From Narcine bancroftii (taxonomy: Eukaryota): a stretch of DNA of 64,000 nucleotides. Positions 24,981 through 38,560 of this stretch are shown here, piece by piece (position 1 is the first letter of the stretch; each line of letters opens with the position of its first letter). The stretch covers positions 288,982,001 to 289,046,000 of the forward strand of contig NC_091469.1 in NCBI RefSeq assembly GCF_036971445.1. Reading direction: 5' to 3'. The translations under genes were made by a program, and so were the position numbers. Under the pieces are notes generated by a model that was given only the letters and a program-made list of their open reading frames with translations, was not told the origin of the DNA and did not search any database.

Positions 24981-26674
24981 GTTTAGCGGGACTTAGGCTG
25001 AATGGAGGTAAATGAAACTAGATCAGGTGGACATCTTAGGTGGCATAGAGGAATTGGGTTGAAGGACCTGTTTCTGTGCTGTAAACTATGAATCTGTTGT
25101 TTTGTATGGGGAAGATATGAAATGTGTGCTGGGTTATTAACAGGAGTATCATCCAATAGTCCAGAACAGATGCCAATCTGACACCGTCCAAGTCCCAAAT
25201 ATGGCAGATTCTAAGTTCCTAAAGAACATGTTGTGCTGATGTGGGATGTTGGAGAGACGGTCATCTTGCCCACCCTATCGAGCTTTAGTACAGTTGGGTT
25301 CTTTCATTTTGCACAACCCTAAGAGCTCCCGGTATCAAACATGCTCTTCCTACAAGGACATAGGTTTTACAAATAAACATTAGCTTGTTGGTGTTAACGC
25401 TGTAGCTGAAGGGGGCCCCGGTTACCAAGAAGAGAAGAGGACCCCAACAATAGGCCGCTCTTTGTCTGAATTTGCAATGGGTCCACGCAAAATATACAGA
25501 GCTGAGGAACGTGGTGGGGAAGGCAACAGATAACAAGGAAGCAAAATAGGAGTGAAGAGGAATGAGTGGGGTGGGGAGAGGATGAATCAGAGATAGTTTG
25601 GGGGAGAGCAGGGTGGGGGTGGCAGTGAGGGGGGGAGGGTTGGTGACAGTGATCATGACGGAGATTGGAAGAGACAGTGAAGAGGACCGATGAGCAATTA
25701 TTCCCCATCTTCAGCTGTGCAAGTGCGGAATTAGTGGAATAAATCTGAAGTGATTGCCGAGGAACAGCATTATACATAAAAGGTCTTAGTGTGTCACTTC
25801 CACTTTGTGAATTTGAATAAATATTTATATGCTCATTATAGTGTAAGCAGGCATGAATTTTTAATGTTGCTCCAACATTATAGTGGTTGCGTACCAAAAA
25901 TAGATTTCGCAAAATTTGTGTTTCGAGACACTAAAATAAAAAAACTTTTATTTACGCAGGGGATGTAGTCAAAGGCAGATTTATTACTCGACCTTAATAG
26001 CTGTTGGTGGTGAAAAGTTGTGGTGTTCTGGCGAGGGTGAACCCACAGTGGTTCTGGGTCAGAGTTCCAGGGTGTACAGTAGATCCAGCAATTGTGAAAA
26101 AATGTGACACTTTTACAAGCCTTGAAATTGATGGGTGTTGAGTTTTGTGGGGTTTTTCTCCCATTTTATTTTTTTAAGTTTTTACAATGTTTATTTACAA
26201 CATGGTAGAAGTCGTTCAAAGCGTACCAGGGGTGTAGGTTAATTGGGTATAAATTGGGCAGCACAAACTTGTGGGCCAAAATGGCCTGTTACTGTGCTGT
26301 ACATCTAAATTTAAATTTAAAAAGCCGATCCTGGCCTTTGAAATCCATGCTGTCCAATTATACTGCACTCCCGCAGCCTCTGCAGCCTCACCAGGTATCC
26401 GTTCGATCCATCGACAACCTGAGCTCCAGATCCAGATCTCCGACATAGTCAGGAAGCCTTCGGCGCCCGAGGCCCTTTGGGAGCCCTTCTTGTCCTCAGC
26501 ACCTTCTCAAATCCCGGCTCCAATACCTGGTTCCCATGAGCCGGTCTCCAGCAGCCCATGACCGTAAGCCGCCCACAGCCTGTGTGGGTCATTTTCACTC
26601 AACAGGGAGGGTTCTTCCCACTTTTGGTGCCTTGCATCGGTCCACTGCTCTCTGGAACCTGCAACCTCGTTTTG

Positions 26675-26832
26675 GGGGAATGGGTGGAAACTAGAGCTCC
26701 TGGAGGAAATCCGCAGAGACACGTGGCGGATGTACAAATTCCTTACATCCTTACAGACAGCGCCGGATTCGAACCCTGGTCCTTGGTGCTGTAATAGTGT
26801 TGCTCTAACCACTGCGCTAACTGTGCGGCCCA
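26675..26832 (-). mobile_element. V-SINE 5' part
   Basis: cagacagcgccggattcgaaccctgg..gctctaaccactgcgctaactgtgcggccc is the reverse complement of the tRNA-like head. Confidence 0.8.
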
Positions 26833-27279
26833 TTTTCCACAGCTCATTGTTCCTCAATGAGCACCTTTCATTTGGGTAAAGTCAATGCCCTAAATAACCG
26901 AATAATACAGCTGGAATTTCGCCTGCATCTGGAATGTACGTCTCTCCCAGCCTGCAGGGAATTCTATCACAATTATAAAGCCCGCCCATCCCATCGACTC
27001 TTCACAGAGGAGGAGCTCTTTCTGTAAAGTATGCAGAGATGGAGAAAGGAATAAACATTTCTATATTACCTTGAGCTCAGATAATCCCAAAGGACTTTGC
27101 ATCCAATTTGCTCCCTTTAGCGTTCCCAAAAGCGTGCAGACCCTAATGGGAAGGGCATGCACCATGTCTACAACCTTGCTTCCAAATTTCGCTGCTTCGA
27201 CCCACAAACCTCCCTTCCGTTTTCCTCTGCTAAAGTGTCCTGTAAAACACAGAAGTCTTCAGACACAGTGATTGAAGAA

Positions 27280-27969
27280 CCGTATAGGACAACCCCCCAA
27301 TTTCCCACCTTTGGGCCATACCCTTTGTATAGGTCAACCCAACCCCCCCACCCACCTCCCCAAAATTGGCACTTACACTGACCAGTGGAATAATGCTGTC
27401 ACGTTATTTTAATATCAAACTACCCTGTAAAGGTTTTCATTTTATGAGCATATTTTAAAATAAACCACCGTTGGTGCCATTTTCAGCCTGTATAGAGCAG
27501 ACGACAGTCGGACCGGGCAGATGAACCACACAGGGGGAGCGTTGATACTTCATTGGACATTTGCAGGTTTTCCCCTCAATGCACATGCATTCTTTTCACT
27601 GTCACCACTTGAGTGGAGGTGAGCCAAGTTGTCAGCTCGAGGAAGGCACCTAGGACTTTAACCAGGGCACTTGCGTGGAGGTGAGTCCGATCGTCAGCAC
27701 AATGAAGGCGGTAGAGGGTGCTTTGGGCCTGACTGGAACACTTGTGTGGAGGTGAATCAAGTTGCCAGCATGAGGATGGTGGTAGAGTGCTTCAGGGCCT
27801 GACCAGGGCACTTGAATCGGAGCTGGCAGGATGGGGACAGGATACGAAGGTAGAGGGGCTGAAACTTCACCAACAAGGTTTGGATTTTACACCTGGTGTA
27901 TGAGACGACCCCGATTTTGAGGCGAGATTTTTAAGTTTCAAGGATCATTCTATATGCTGGCATGTACGG
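27280..27969. mobile_element. Pogo/Tigger-like DNA transposon remnant with about 70-bp internal tandem repeats (27605-27815)
   Basis: Termini ccgtataggacaacccc.. and ..gtatgagacgacccc..tatatgctggcatgtacggt; three diverged cacttg.gtggaggtga units. Confidence 0.5.
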
Positions 27970-28200
27970 TGAAAACACAACTCTGGAGAAACTCAGCAAG
28001 TCAAACAGGGCACTTTATGTAGCAAAGATAAAGATACAGAACCAATGTTTCATGCTTGAACCCTTCATCAAGCAAAATGTTGGCAGGCGCCTGAACAAAA
28101 TGGTTTGGGGAGGGAGAGGAGCTCGGTTCCACAGGCAGGAGATAATAGGTAGATAATGGAGGGAGGGCACAGCAGCAAATGGGGGTGAGGGGGTGAGGTG
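27970..28200 (-). mobile_element. Penelope-like element 3' terminal fragment
   Basis: Minus strand TTGATGAAGGGTTCAAGCATGAAACATT followed by ..gacttgctgagtttctccag; homologous to 41723-42107. Confidence 0.7.
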
Positions 28201-28604
28201 GGGTAGTGAAAATAGTTCTCATCTCATACCTAAATGGCCAAGACCCTACCGTGAGACTTGGCTTCCTTGTTCTACATTCCCCAGCCTGAAATATATTGGC
28301 CCAGATGTTAACTGCTTCAATGCTATGGTTTCTCATTCCACTAAACTCTATGGGAACAGGGGTCACTCAGTTCACTCCACAGAAGTGCTGCAGAAACTCA
28401 GCAGGTCACGACACATCCATAGGAAGGAAAAAGCCACTACATGTTTCGGGCCTGACACCTTCTTCAGGAGTGACCAACCTGCTGAGATTCTCCACCAGTT
28501 TTGAGCACTGCACTAGACCCCAGCAGCTTCCCCTGCTCAGCTCAAACACTTTGAACCCCAGGAACCAAATGGGTCGGTAGTCTCGTGCATAATATTTCTT
28601 AAAA

Positions 28605-28862
28605 TTCAAATTTAGTGAGACAGCACGGTAAATGGCCCTTCTGGCCCATGAGCCCACGCTGCTCAGTTACACCCCTGTAATCAATTAACCTACTAACCCC
28701 TTATGCCTTTAGAACAGTGGGAGGAAAACAGGGCCCCCCAGAGAAAACCCACGTAGACACAGGGAGAATGTTCAAACTCCTTACTGACAGTGCGGGATTT
28801 GAACCCGAGTCCCTGGCGCTGTAAAAGGGCCGTGCTAACCTCTAGATTAACTGTGTCACCCC
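28605..28862 (-). mobile_element. V-SINE, near full length
   Basis: Tail aaattt, V-domain and head ggatttgaacccg. Confidence 0.85.
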
Positions 28863-29933
28863 AAGCACTAACAGTGATGGTTATTGAAAGTGAAGGACAA
28901 CAATTCGCCCACAAATAAGCAAAAGGAATCCACAGAAATGGCTTTGCTGCTGGAGGGAAGCCATGAGTGTTTCTCGGCACTCACCTTCTCTGTTCCTTGG
29001 ATAGACTTTCATATTTGGAATCGTTTATCATCCATAAGACATATTTAAGGCAAAGATTGATAGGTTCTTGATTAGCCAGAGCATAGGAGCAGAAATAAGC
29101 TATTCAGCCCATAAAGTCTGCCCCACCCTTTAAACATGAGGTAATCCATTTTCCATTCAGCCCCACTACCCGACCTTCTTCTCAAAGGAAAGCAAAACTG
29201 GATCATCTCATGATTACATGGTGGGGCTGAATAGTCTATTTTTGATCCTATGCCCCTACATGTTAAACCCAGCCTCAACAAATTCCACAGATTCACCACC
29301 CTCTGGCTAAAGAAATTCTCCTGCATCTCTGTTCTAAGGGGATGCCCTTCGATCCTGAAGTTGTGCCCTAGTCTCTCCCACCGAGGCAGCAATCTTTCTA
29401 CATCTACTCTGTCCATGCCTTTCAACTTTCAAAATGTTTCAGTGGGATCTCCCTTCATTCTCCTAAACTCCAACAAGGACAGGCCTTCCTGCCCCCTGTT
29501 TGATGAATGTAATTGCAAATCCACTTTGCTCTTGCATTGAATTATTTGCCTTTGTCTTCGCAAGCCTCAAATATTTGATCTGAGAGAGAAAAACTGAAGA
29601 TTGAAGAGCCCCTCTCCATTCACAAAGAGCTGCCGCTCTGCACCGTGAATCACAGCTGAAACACTGGAATTTGCTTTGCCCAAGTCACTCAGACTCTATG
29701 CTGAGGTTGGCAGAACAGCAGTCCTCACCAAAGGGAAATAAATATTTTAGATTCTCTTCCAAGTTCTTGTGCGTCCTGGAGTCGGCACATTCCAGGCAGA
29801 ACTTTGAAGAAAAAGCTTAAATACATCTGCTGCTTGGAAATCTGTTGCTTTAGATTTCGGGGTGCTTTGCTGGATTATTGCAATGGGAGTTTAGGAAGAA
29901 TCAGGATTGGCATTTCAAAATGTCCATTGATAT

Positions 29934-30499
29934 CACTGGACAACAATTTTTACAAACGTTTGCTTCCTAAAACTTCAAGCTGAACACAAAGATAATTTCA
30001 GATCACCTGTATGACGTAGGAAGTTGGAGAAACATTAAATTAACTTTTATTGAATTAATTATGATTAATCACATAATGATGCTGACACATTGCATTTATT
30101 CAGCCGACCTAAATATGTTTTAGATTCTGATTTTTGTTTGTACTCAGCATCTGATGCCTCTCGTGTCAGCATCCAACAATGGTCGGACAGCACTGATGGA
30201 TTCCAGTTGCCTGATTCCGCTTTTCCAGGGTCATAATGTCCTGGCGAAACCTTTCAACTTGTTTGTCACTGACTGCAGCAGGATCAGCCGGGAAGACGCC
30301 CAAGTGCGAATGCAGGCAATACATTTTCAACTTTATGGTTTTGAATGCTTGAAGCATGTTAAAAATATGACAGGAAATCACCAAAAATGAGTTATATCTA
30401 AAAAACAGTACGTGAAGGAAAAATTTTAAGGTGATTTTCGTGATCAGCAACCCAAAATCCATAAAAGTGTTCAGGAAGCAAAATATTTATTGTCCAGTG
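29934..30499 (-). mobile_element. Chapaev3-like (CMC) DNA transposon deletion derivative
   Basis: Perfect 10-bp TIR CACTGGACAA...TTGTCCAGTG with TAT on both flanks. Minus-strand peptide LKMYCLHSHLGVFPADPAAVSDKQVERFRQDIMTLEKRNQ resembles the LKIHFLHSHLDFFP..GAVSDEQGERFHQDI..MEKRYQ transposase C-terminus. Confidence 0.8.
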
Positions 30500-30524
30500 T
30501 ATGTGCCTGCAATTTTTAAAATTA

Positions 30525-30790
30525 AATTTAAACTAAATTTAGACATACAGTACAGCGCAGTAACTGGTCCTTCAGACGCATGAGTCTCTGCCGCACAAAT
30601 ACACCCAATTAATTTACATCCCCTGTACATATTGAAGGGTGGGAGGAAACCGGAGTAGCAGGAGTAAACTCATGCAGACCCGGGTAGAACATATAGACAG
30701 CACCAGGTTCGAACCCTGGTCACGGGCGCTGTAATAGGGTTCACTAACTGCTACGCCCACCATGCCAGCACAATGGGTAATCCTGCTTCG
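30525..30790 (-). mobile_element. V-SINE
   Basis: aaatttagacatacag..gggaggaaaccggag..ggttcgaaccctgg. Confidence 0.85.
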
Positions 30791-31645
30791 GCACAGAGGG
30801 ACAGATTACCCATTTCCACTCGCAGCAGATGTCAAGGAGATTCACAGGCAAACACAAGGTGCTGAGATCTGGACAAAAAGCAACAGTCAGCTGAACGAGC
30901 TCAGCACAGTGGGACGAAGGGGATTCTTGAAACTCTTCATCAAGACTGACCTGCCAGGTGGGGAGATGGCCAGTGTAATGAGGGATGAGTGAGAGGAACC
31001 AGTTGGGGATTGGTGAACCAGGGAGGATAGGTTACCTCCCCTCACCATAATCTGTCATAGATTCATACAGTGATTCAGCATGACACAGGCCATTCAGCCC
31101 AACTTGGCCATGCCATCTATGGCCAATCAGGACCAGTCCCATCTGGCAGAATTTAGCACGTGTCCCTTTAACACTTACCAATCCAGTTACTTGTCCACAT
31201 GTCTTTTTAATGCTATAATTATATCCACATCTACCACTTTGTCTGGCAGCTCGTTCCACCTACCTACCATTCTCCATGTGGGAAAAGGTTGCCCACAGAG
31301 CCCTTTTAAATCACCCCCCCCCCCCCACACCCCCCCCCCCCGCCCCTACATGTTAAACCTAAGCCTTCAAGTTTTAAACAGTCCTACACTGGGTAAAAGA
31401 CCACCTTATCTAAGCAGACAGATAAACTTGAAACAGGGCTTCAGTCTGAGACATCGATGATTCCCTTTGTCCACTACAGAAGCTGTTCCTCCAGTAGATG
31501 TCAAGGGAATCTGAATGAAACACAATATGCTCCCATTGCTGAAACCTAATGCCTTACAATCAGTGATGATATCATTCTGAATATAACCATCTCTTCACAG
31601 CATGATTAATTCTCAGTTAAGGGAAGAAATTCTTGCTCTCATGAT

Positions 31646-31648
<3 letters not shown>

Positions 31649-31687
<39 letters not shown>
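31649..31687. repeat. (TA)n microsatellite
   Basis: Perfect TA run. Confidence 0.98.
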
Positions 31688-31696
<9 letters not shown>

Positions 31697-31784
31697 AGAG
31701 ATACAGCACAGTAAAATTGAAAGAGTGCAAACAAGATTAAGTAGGTTGTTGCTGGAAGTCGAGGGACTGAGTTACAGGGAAAAG

Positions 31785-32156
31785 TGTATGTCACAAAATG
31801 TGTTGTTTTGCAGCAGCGCTGTTCATTACAGGATGCAAAGTTGTTATAAATTACAGTGCTGTAAATACAAAGTTTAAAAATAAATAATTAGTAAATAGAG
31901 AAAAAAGTGAGTTAGTGTCCATAGGTGGTTGTCTGTTTAGAATCTGATGGCGGAGGGGAAGAAGCTGTTTTTGTACTGTTAGGTGTTGTCTTCAGGCTCC
32001 TGTACCCCCTCCCTGAGAGAGAAAAGGACATGGCCTGGGTGGTGGGAGTCCTTGAAGATAGAGGCTGCTTTCTTGAGACATCACCTCTTGGAGATGTCCT
32101 TGATGGAGTGGAGACTGATGCCCGTGATGGTGCTGGCCAAGTTCACAACCCTCCAT
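31785..32156 (-). mobile_element. Rex1/Babar LINE 3' fragment
   Basis: Similar to 16915-17335 (tccttgaagatagaggctgctttcttgagac..). Confidence 0.8.
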
Positions 32157-32954
32157 AGGTAAAACACGAAAGTCTGCAGACGCCGTGGTTGAAGTAAAAA
32201 CACAACGCTAGAGAAACGCATTGTATTTTATGTTGTGAAATTTAATTTAAACTATTGTAGCTGGTTTACCTTGCTAACCTGTATGGCCGCAGCAAATAGG
32301 AATTTCAGTGGATCTGCACATCGTACATTTAAATGGTAATAAACTCAGGTGTCACCTCATCTCCTCTCATCTCACCGCACACCATCCCACCTCACTTCAC
32401 CGATCTCTGGGTGAATGAGTTTCTTCTGAATGGTTTATATTGGAACACTTCCACCAGGCTTGTCCCATCGAACCACTTGTTAATGTTAAAGACTTCGAAC
32501 AAGTCATCTCCTAGACAGCCAGTAAATTCTCACTTCTCATAAAATATCCTTGAAAATTCTATTTCCACAGTCTCTAATAACATTAATCATATTTTTTTTT
32601 GCTCTGTAAATGAAGGGCAGACGGTAGACGGAACTCCAAGTGTGGTCCAACCGAGGAATTTGTTTAATAAGATTGGTCTGGTCCAGTTTTAAATACTCCT
32701 ACATCTGAGATTACTTTTTTTAGATGTCTTTTGAAAACACCTGGGATCACTTTGCAAAAACAGCTTCAGTCTATTGATCAAGTTAAATTCGTCACTTCCT
32801 GGACACAGTTCCCTGTACAGCTGATAGCTCTGTGTTCCAATGCTACACATTGATGGAAAGGATGCTGTATTCTCTTTAAAATCAAACTTTGCATGTTTTA
32901 TAATTATGTAAGGCAAATACTAACACCTTCTACCCATCAACTGGTTGGTGACTT

Positions 32955-33866
32955 GGTTTGGGGGGACACTGATACCCCTGAGCTTAAAGCCCTCCAAAAG
33001 GCAGTGAACACAGCCCAGGACATCACAGGCAAAACCCTCCTCACCATCGAGAACATCTACAGAGAGCAAGAGCAGCAGCGATGATCATCAAAGATCCACA
33101 CCACCCAGCACACACTCTGTTCTCGCTGCTGCCATCAGGTGCCACAAGACTCGCACCACCAGGTCCAGGAACAGCTGGTCCTCCTCCACCATCAGGCTCC
33201 TCAACGACAAACTCAGTTTGAACACTCTTACTTTGCAGATTATTTATCGTTGAATATTTATTTATTTTGTATTAACCATGTAACCGTTTACAGCACGGAA
33301 ACAGGCCATGTCGGCCCTTCAAGTCCGTACCGGTTCACTTGAACAACTCCACTAGCTCCTCCACAAACTCCTGAGGAAGCAGAGACTCTCTCAGGTCGCG
33401 ACATCCTGAGATTTTCCATGTCCTCATAGATTCTCTTTCTAAGACCCCGTTTTCTTGGATACTTTACTCCGTTCCATTTCTCTTTATAAATCGCTGTTCT
33501 CTGGGAATCTTTACACATGTTCCGTTTCTCTTTATAAGTCCACATCCCCTAGGATTATTTACTCCATTCCTTTTCTCTTTATAAATATCCATTCTCTGGG
33601 ATTCTTTACTCATGTTCATTTTCTCTTTATAAGTCCCTGTACTCTGGAATTCTTTACTCATGTTCCTTTTCTCTTTATAAGTCACGGTTCTCTGTTTGTA
33701 CAGTCATTTTTTTCTGCACTTCTCCCTTTGTGTACATTTCACTTTCTTGAGTACATTTTCTCACACGACAGATAAGTGGAAATTTTGCTTGGCCCACAGG
33801 AGAAAGAATCTCAGGATCGTATGTGATGTCATGCATGTACTTTGACAAGAAATCTGAACTTTGAAC
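32955..33866 (+). mobile_element. Rex1/Babar LINE 3' fragment interrupted by a CR1 tail (about 33270-33360) and a minisatellite
   Basis: KALQKAVNTAQDITGKT..; the 3'UTR resumes at about 33690 and ends aaatctgaactttgaact. Confidence 0.7.
33430..33690. repeat. Degenerate 47-48-bp minisatellite, about 5.5 copies
   Basis: TTCTCTTT(A/C)TAA recurs near 33431, 33478, 33526, 33573, 33621 and 33669. Confidence 0.85.
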
Positions 33867-33874
33867 TTATCTTA

Positions 33875-34092
33875 AAAAAATTTAGACATACAGCGCAATA
33901 ACAGGGCCCTTCCAGCCCATGAGCCCATGCTGCCCAATTACACCCCCAGATCGTTTGGACGGTGGGAGGAAACTGGAGCCCCCAGAGAAAACCCACACAG
34001 GAGAGAACGTACAGATAGCACAGGATTGGAACCCCGGTCCTAATCGCTTTAAACAGTGTAGCACTAACTGGCTATGCTGATTGAGCCACCCA
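33875..34092 (-). mobile_element. V-SINE
   Basis: aaatttagacatacagc..ggtgggaggaaactggagc..ggattggaaccc. Confidence 0.85.
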
Positions 34093-36854
34093 TTTTTCTT
34101 ACACTATGCTTACTGTGACCTGAAACACCATCACATGATTAATTCCTGATCTCGGCAGGATCTACTGAGCTCAGACAATGGGAGTGTTGCAAATGGGTTC
34201 AACCTGCTATTTCAAATGACATTGGGCGAGGCCATTGAGCCCATCAAGTTGACCCCTGGACTTGAAGGGAGATGGTAGATAGAATGTGAGCATAGGATGC
34301 TGGGGGCTGGTGTTGTATAGACATTCAAAAAAAGAATGACAGGGCTAGGTAAGATAAATAGTCACGGTCTCTTTCTGAAGTAGGGGATTGGTTTAAGGTT
34401 TATCCTTGCAGAGGGTGGTGGGTATGTGGAACAAGCAGTCAGAATATTTATTTTCTGTATCGTACAGTCATTTTATTTCCATATCTCTTTTTGTGTTCAC
34501 TTCTATCGTTTCTTGAGTACAGTTTCTTGCACTATTGATAAGTAGAAATTCTGCCTGGCCCGCATGAAAAATAATATTTGGGTGGTATCTGACAATTAAG
34601 ATGAACCTTGAACTTTTATTACACAGATTGGAGTAAGTTTGGAGGGTCATGGGCCTTATGCAGGTAGTCAAATGGGACTAGATCGGATGGACAGCAGTCA
34701 GCATGGTCAAGAAACTCTTTGCTTGATGGCACGAGGACTCTCGATTAATACCCACTCTTGAAGCCTTCTACTTGACCCTGCTATTTCCCTCCAACCAAAT
34801 CCTCTCTCTCAACACAGCCTAATTCTCTTTCCACACAAGACTTGGAGTAACTTGCACTTGGTCGACAATTACACCAACCCACAACCCCCCTCACAGTCTC
34901 AGGAAGCTGAAGTGAACTGCACGTAGTCACCACCAGAATCGGACCAGCCCCTTGTGGAGCATCAGCACCACCTGCTGCAGCTGAGATGAGATGGGAATAA
35001 TTTCGCCCGGCTGCTGGAACTGATCACCCATCCCTGACACCTTCTCAAAAATAAAATGTACGGATGCTCACGAAAGTTGAACTCCACCTTGCCAACCTGT
35101 AGTGTGTTATGTTTGTGGCCGAAATTTGGTTGTCAATTAAGTAAAGATAAGTTTATTGTCATCTGATTGTACAAGTACAACCCGACGAAACAGCGTTCTC
35201 TGGTCCTCGGTGCAAAACATGCAGACACACAACCAGACATAACACACAGTCAAACTGTGAATTTGCAGGATAAGTATTTCATCTATAAAAATAAATATTG
35301 TTTTATACAGATGTGAGTCTCAGAGGGTCAGTGTGAGCAGTTCCTTTGGTCATTCAGCATTCTCACTGCCTGTGGGAAGAAGATGTTCCTCAAGCTGGTG
35401 GTTCTGGGTCTGATCTTCCTGTATCTTTTCTCCTCCAGGTGCAGCTGAAAGATGCTGTGCGTTAAGCATAGGTTTCCTCAAGGAGTTGATATTTGAGTAA
35501 CCTTGTGTGCCATGATAGAGTTGACATGCTGAACTGCTCAGTGTACCTTGTATAATGTGACACTGAACTTGAACTCTAGTTCGTGTTGGGCCTCATCCTG
35601 GTGGTGGAGATGGCTAAGGCTGGGCAGATCTGCAGGATACTAGGGAGGGCAGCTGAAATGAAGTACAACTGGACCTTGCCATCACACAAATGGAAAGAAA
35701 CACCAACAGAAACCTACAGCTGTGCATCGTCTCGCCCAAGCAAAACTTTCAATGCTGTGTCAGAGCCACGTAAAACCTGGGGATAGGAGTGGAGGTAAGG
35801 AGTGACTTAAAGTGGGGAAGAGAGGTGGAAATATGGAGCAATAATTTCAGGGCATGAAGCTGGAGACAAACCAACTCTGAATGAACAGGAAACTAAAACT
35901 GGAAACGTATTGTGATCTGGGAGGTCTCGGGGGAGGCCAATGCAAAGGCTAAAGTGGTTAATTGAGTGTTAAAAGCACAGTGATTCACATCGATATCACT
36001 TAATGGGTTCACCAAGAATGCAGGAATTCTGAAGAAAGAGTGGAAAGTGCTGGAAGCATTCAGGAGGTGAGGGGAGAAAGTTTTGCTCCAGCCACACATG
36101 TACGTAAGTTACACCAACTATAATAAATTACCATAACATGCTAAGAGAGAAAAAGAAGAGGTCATAAATATAGCCAAATAAATATTTACAATTGTAATTA
36201 GAGCAGGTTGTTTCAATAGAGCAGACAGATCTTTTAGTAATGAGAGACTAGGAACCTGAGGGGCATCTTTTTCACATGGAGGGTGGTGGATGTATGGAAC
36301 AAATTGGTGGAGGAAATGGTGACATTTTGGCAGATACATGGACAGGAAAGGTTTCATAGAACGTAGAACATTACAGCACTTCTGCCCACAATGTTGTGCT
36401 GATCTATATATACTACAAAAAATAACTCCTCCCTACTTCAAAATTTTCATCCATGTGCCTATCTCTTAAATGTTCCTATTGTTCAAGCTACACCACTGCT
36501 GGAAATGCATTCCAAGCACCCCCAACTCTGCAAAATGTTACCCCTGATGTCTCCTCTAAACCTTCCTCCCTTCATTTGTAGTTTCAAGGGACTTGGGCAG
36601 AATCCAGGTGAATGGGTAGACATTTTGCACAAGTTTCCTCATGTAAATCACATGTACAAAACACTCTGCCATTTCTCACCCAGTTCTTCCCAAATCTCAG
36701 ACCTCTACAATCAGGAAGGACAGAAACATCACCATCCACCAGTTCACCTTCAAGAAATATACCACTCTTTCATCGGCACTGTGTCTAATTCCATGGACCT
36801 CCTTCCCATCTTCTCTGTAGGGATATCTTCACCAATAGTTTTCCTCACTTATCA

Positions 36855-37470
36855 GGAAGGCACAACAGCGACTGCACTCCCTGAGAAGACTGAAGCGGGC
36901 AAGGCTACCAGCCGCCATTATGTCAACCATCCATAAGAGCTCTATCGAGAGCTTCCTAGCCGGCTGCCTCACTGTGTGGTATGGAGAGAAATGGATCAGA
37001 GGTCAATCCACAGGACCATAAGAGTAGCAGATAGGATCACTGGGGTCTCCCTTCCTTCCCCCCACCCCCACCATCAATGTGATTTACTGGGATAGTTGTC
37101 TGAAGAGGGTGTGCAAAATCATTGAGGACCCCTTCCACCCTGCACACAGCATCTTTCAGCTGCTCCTGTTGAGGAAGAGTTACAGGAGTTCGAGAGCCAG
37201 CACTACCAGGCTGAGGAACAGCTTCTTCCCACGGGCAGTGAGAACGGTGAACGACCAAAGGAACGGCTTACACTAACCATCCAAAACTCTCACATTCCTA
37301 GAACAATATTTATTTATTTATTTCTATAGATGAAATACTTTCCCTGCACATTTATTGTTTGACTGCACGTGGGTTATGTCTAATTGTGTGTCTGCGTGTT
37401 TTGCATTGAGGACCAGAGAACACTGTTTTTTGGGCTGTACTTGTGCAATCAGATGACAATAAACTTGAAT
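36855..37470 (+). mobile_element. Rex1/Babar LINE 3' fragment
   Basis: ..CLKRVCKIIEDPFHPAHSIFQLL..TTRLRNSFFPRAVR; tail atgacaataaacttgaa. Confidence 0.85.
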
Positions 37471-38104
37471 TAACCTACTGAAGGAGGAAAGCAGCTCACT
37501 ATCACCTTCTCAAGGGTAGTGGGGATGGTCAGAAAATGCTGGTCTTGCCATTGACATGGATAAATCTGAAAAAAGAAGCTAATGCAAATGACCTCTCTCC
37601 CTGCCATGCAACCTGTCAAGGCTGAGCTAATCATTCCACACTGAAGTTTCAAGCCATTCAAACCCATTGCTAAATCCAGTTGCCCCACTCAAGTGCCCTC
37701 TGTAGAAAGCTGAATTTGGATTGGATGTTATCGCGCTACCTCATCGTTTACCCTCAATGACCTGCTGTTGCAATCAATAGCTTGAAGGTTTCCATGGCCC
37801 CTTGAAAGATATTTTGATAATTTTGATTGATGCTCTCATTAATCAGCTTTGAAATGCTAAACTATGGCAATGGATTATGTAATCAGTTCTCAAACCATTT
37901 TCAATTAAATCTGCTAATTTACTGCTTTGATTTCTCACTCGTGACGCCTGTTTATTTTATATCTGTTACAGACTTATTGAAAGTCCATCTAATTGCTTTC
38001 GTAACAATTAATCACTGTATTCTTCCTTTTGAAGGCAGCCATGTAACAATTACATTGTTTCCGGGATTTTTTTGAAAATTTTAATTAATAATGACCAAAA
38101 TCTT

Positions 38105-38560
38105 CAGAATCAGAATCAGAATTTATTGCCGGGAGCATTCACGAAATCCGTTGTTTTGTGCCAGCATTTCAGTGCAAATGTTGCTGTAAATTACATTTTA
38201 AAATAAATAAATTAGTGCAAAGAGAAAGTGAGGAAGTGTCTGTGGGTCATTATCCGTTCAGGAATCCGATGGTGGAGGGGGAGAGGCTGTTTTTCTACCA
38301 TCTTCAGGCTCCTGCACCCCCTTCCTTTTCTTTTTTTGAAAATTTTATTTACGTTTTTCACATATGCATTAAAAAATATACATCAATAGTGCTATTGAAC
38401 ATAGTAAAGATGAATACATAGTGATCTTCAACCCCTTCATGATGACTGCAGAGTGAAGGGGGCATGGCCTGGGTGGTGAGAATCCTTGAGGACAGAGGTT
38501 GCTTTCCTAAGACACCACCTCTTGTAGATGTCCTCGGTGGAATGAAGGCTGATGCCCGTT
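38105..38560 (-). mobile_element. Rex1/Babar LINE 3' end
   Basis: (CAGAAT)n tail on the + strand and a homologous 3'UTR. Confidence 0.8.

Noticed and set aside
25425-25505. Minus-strand exon-like segment (strong pyrimidine tract, GTAACC donor)
   Set aside because: No recognisable peptide, and its phase does not fit the other putative minus-strand exons.
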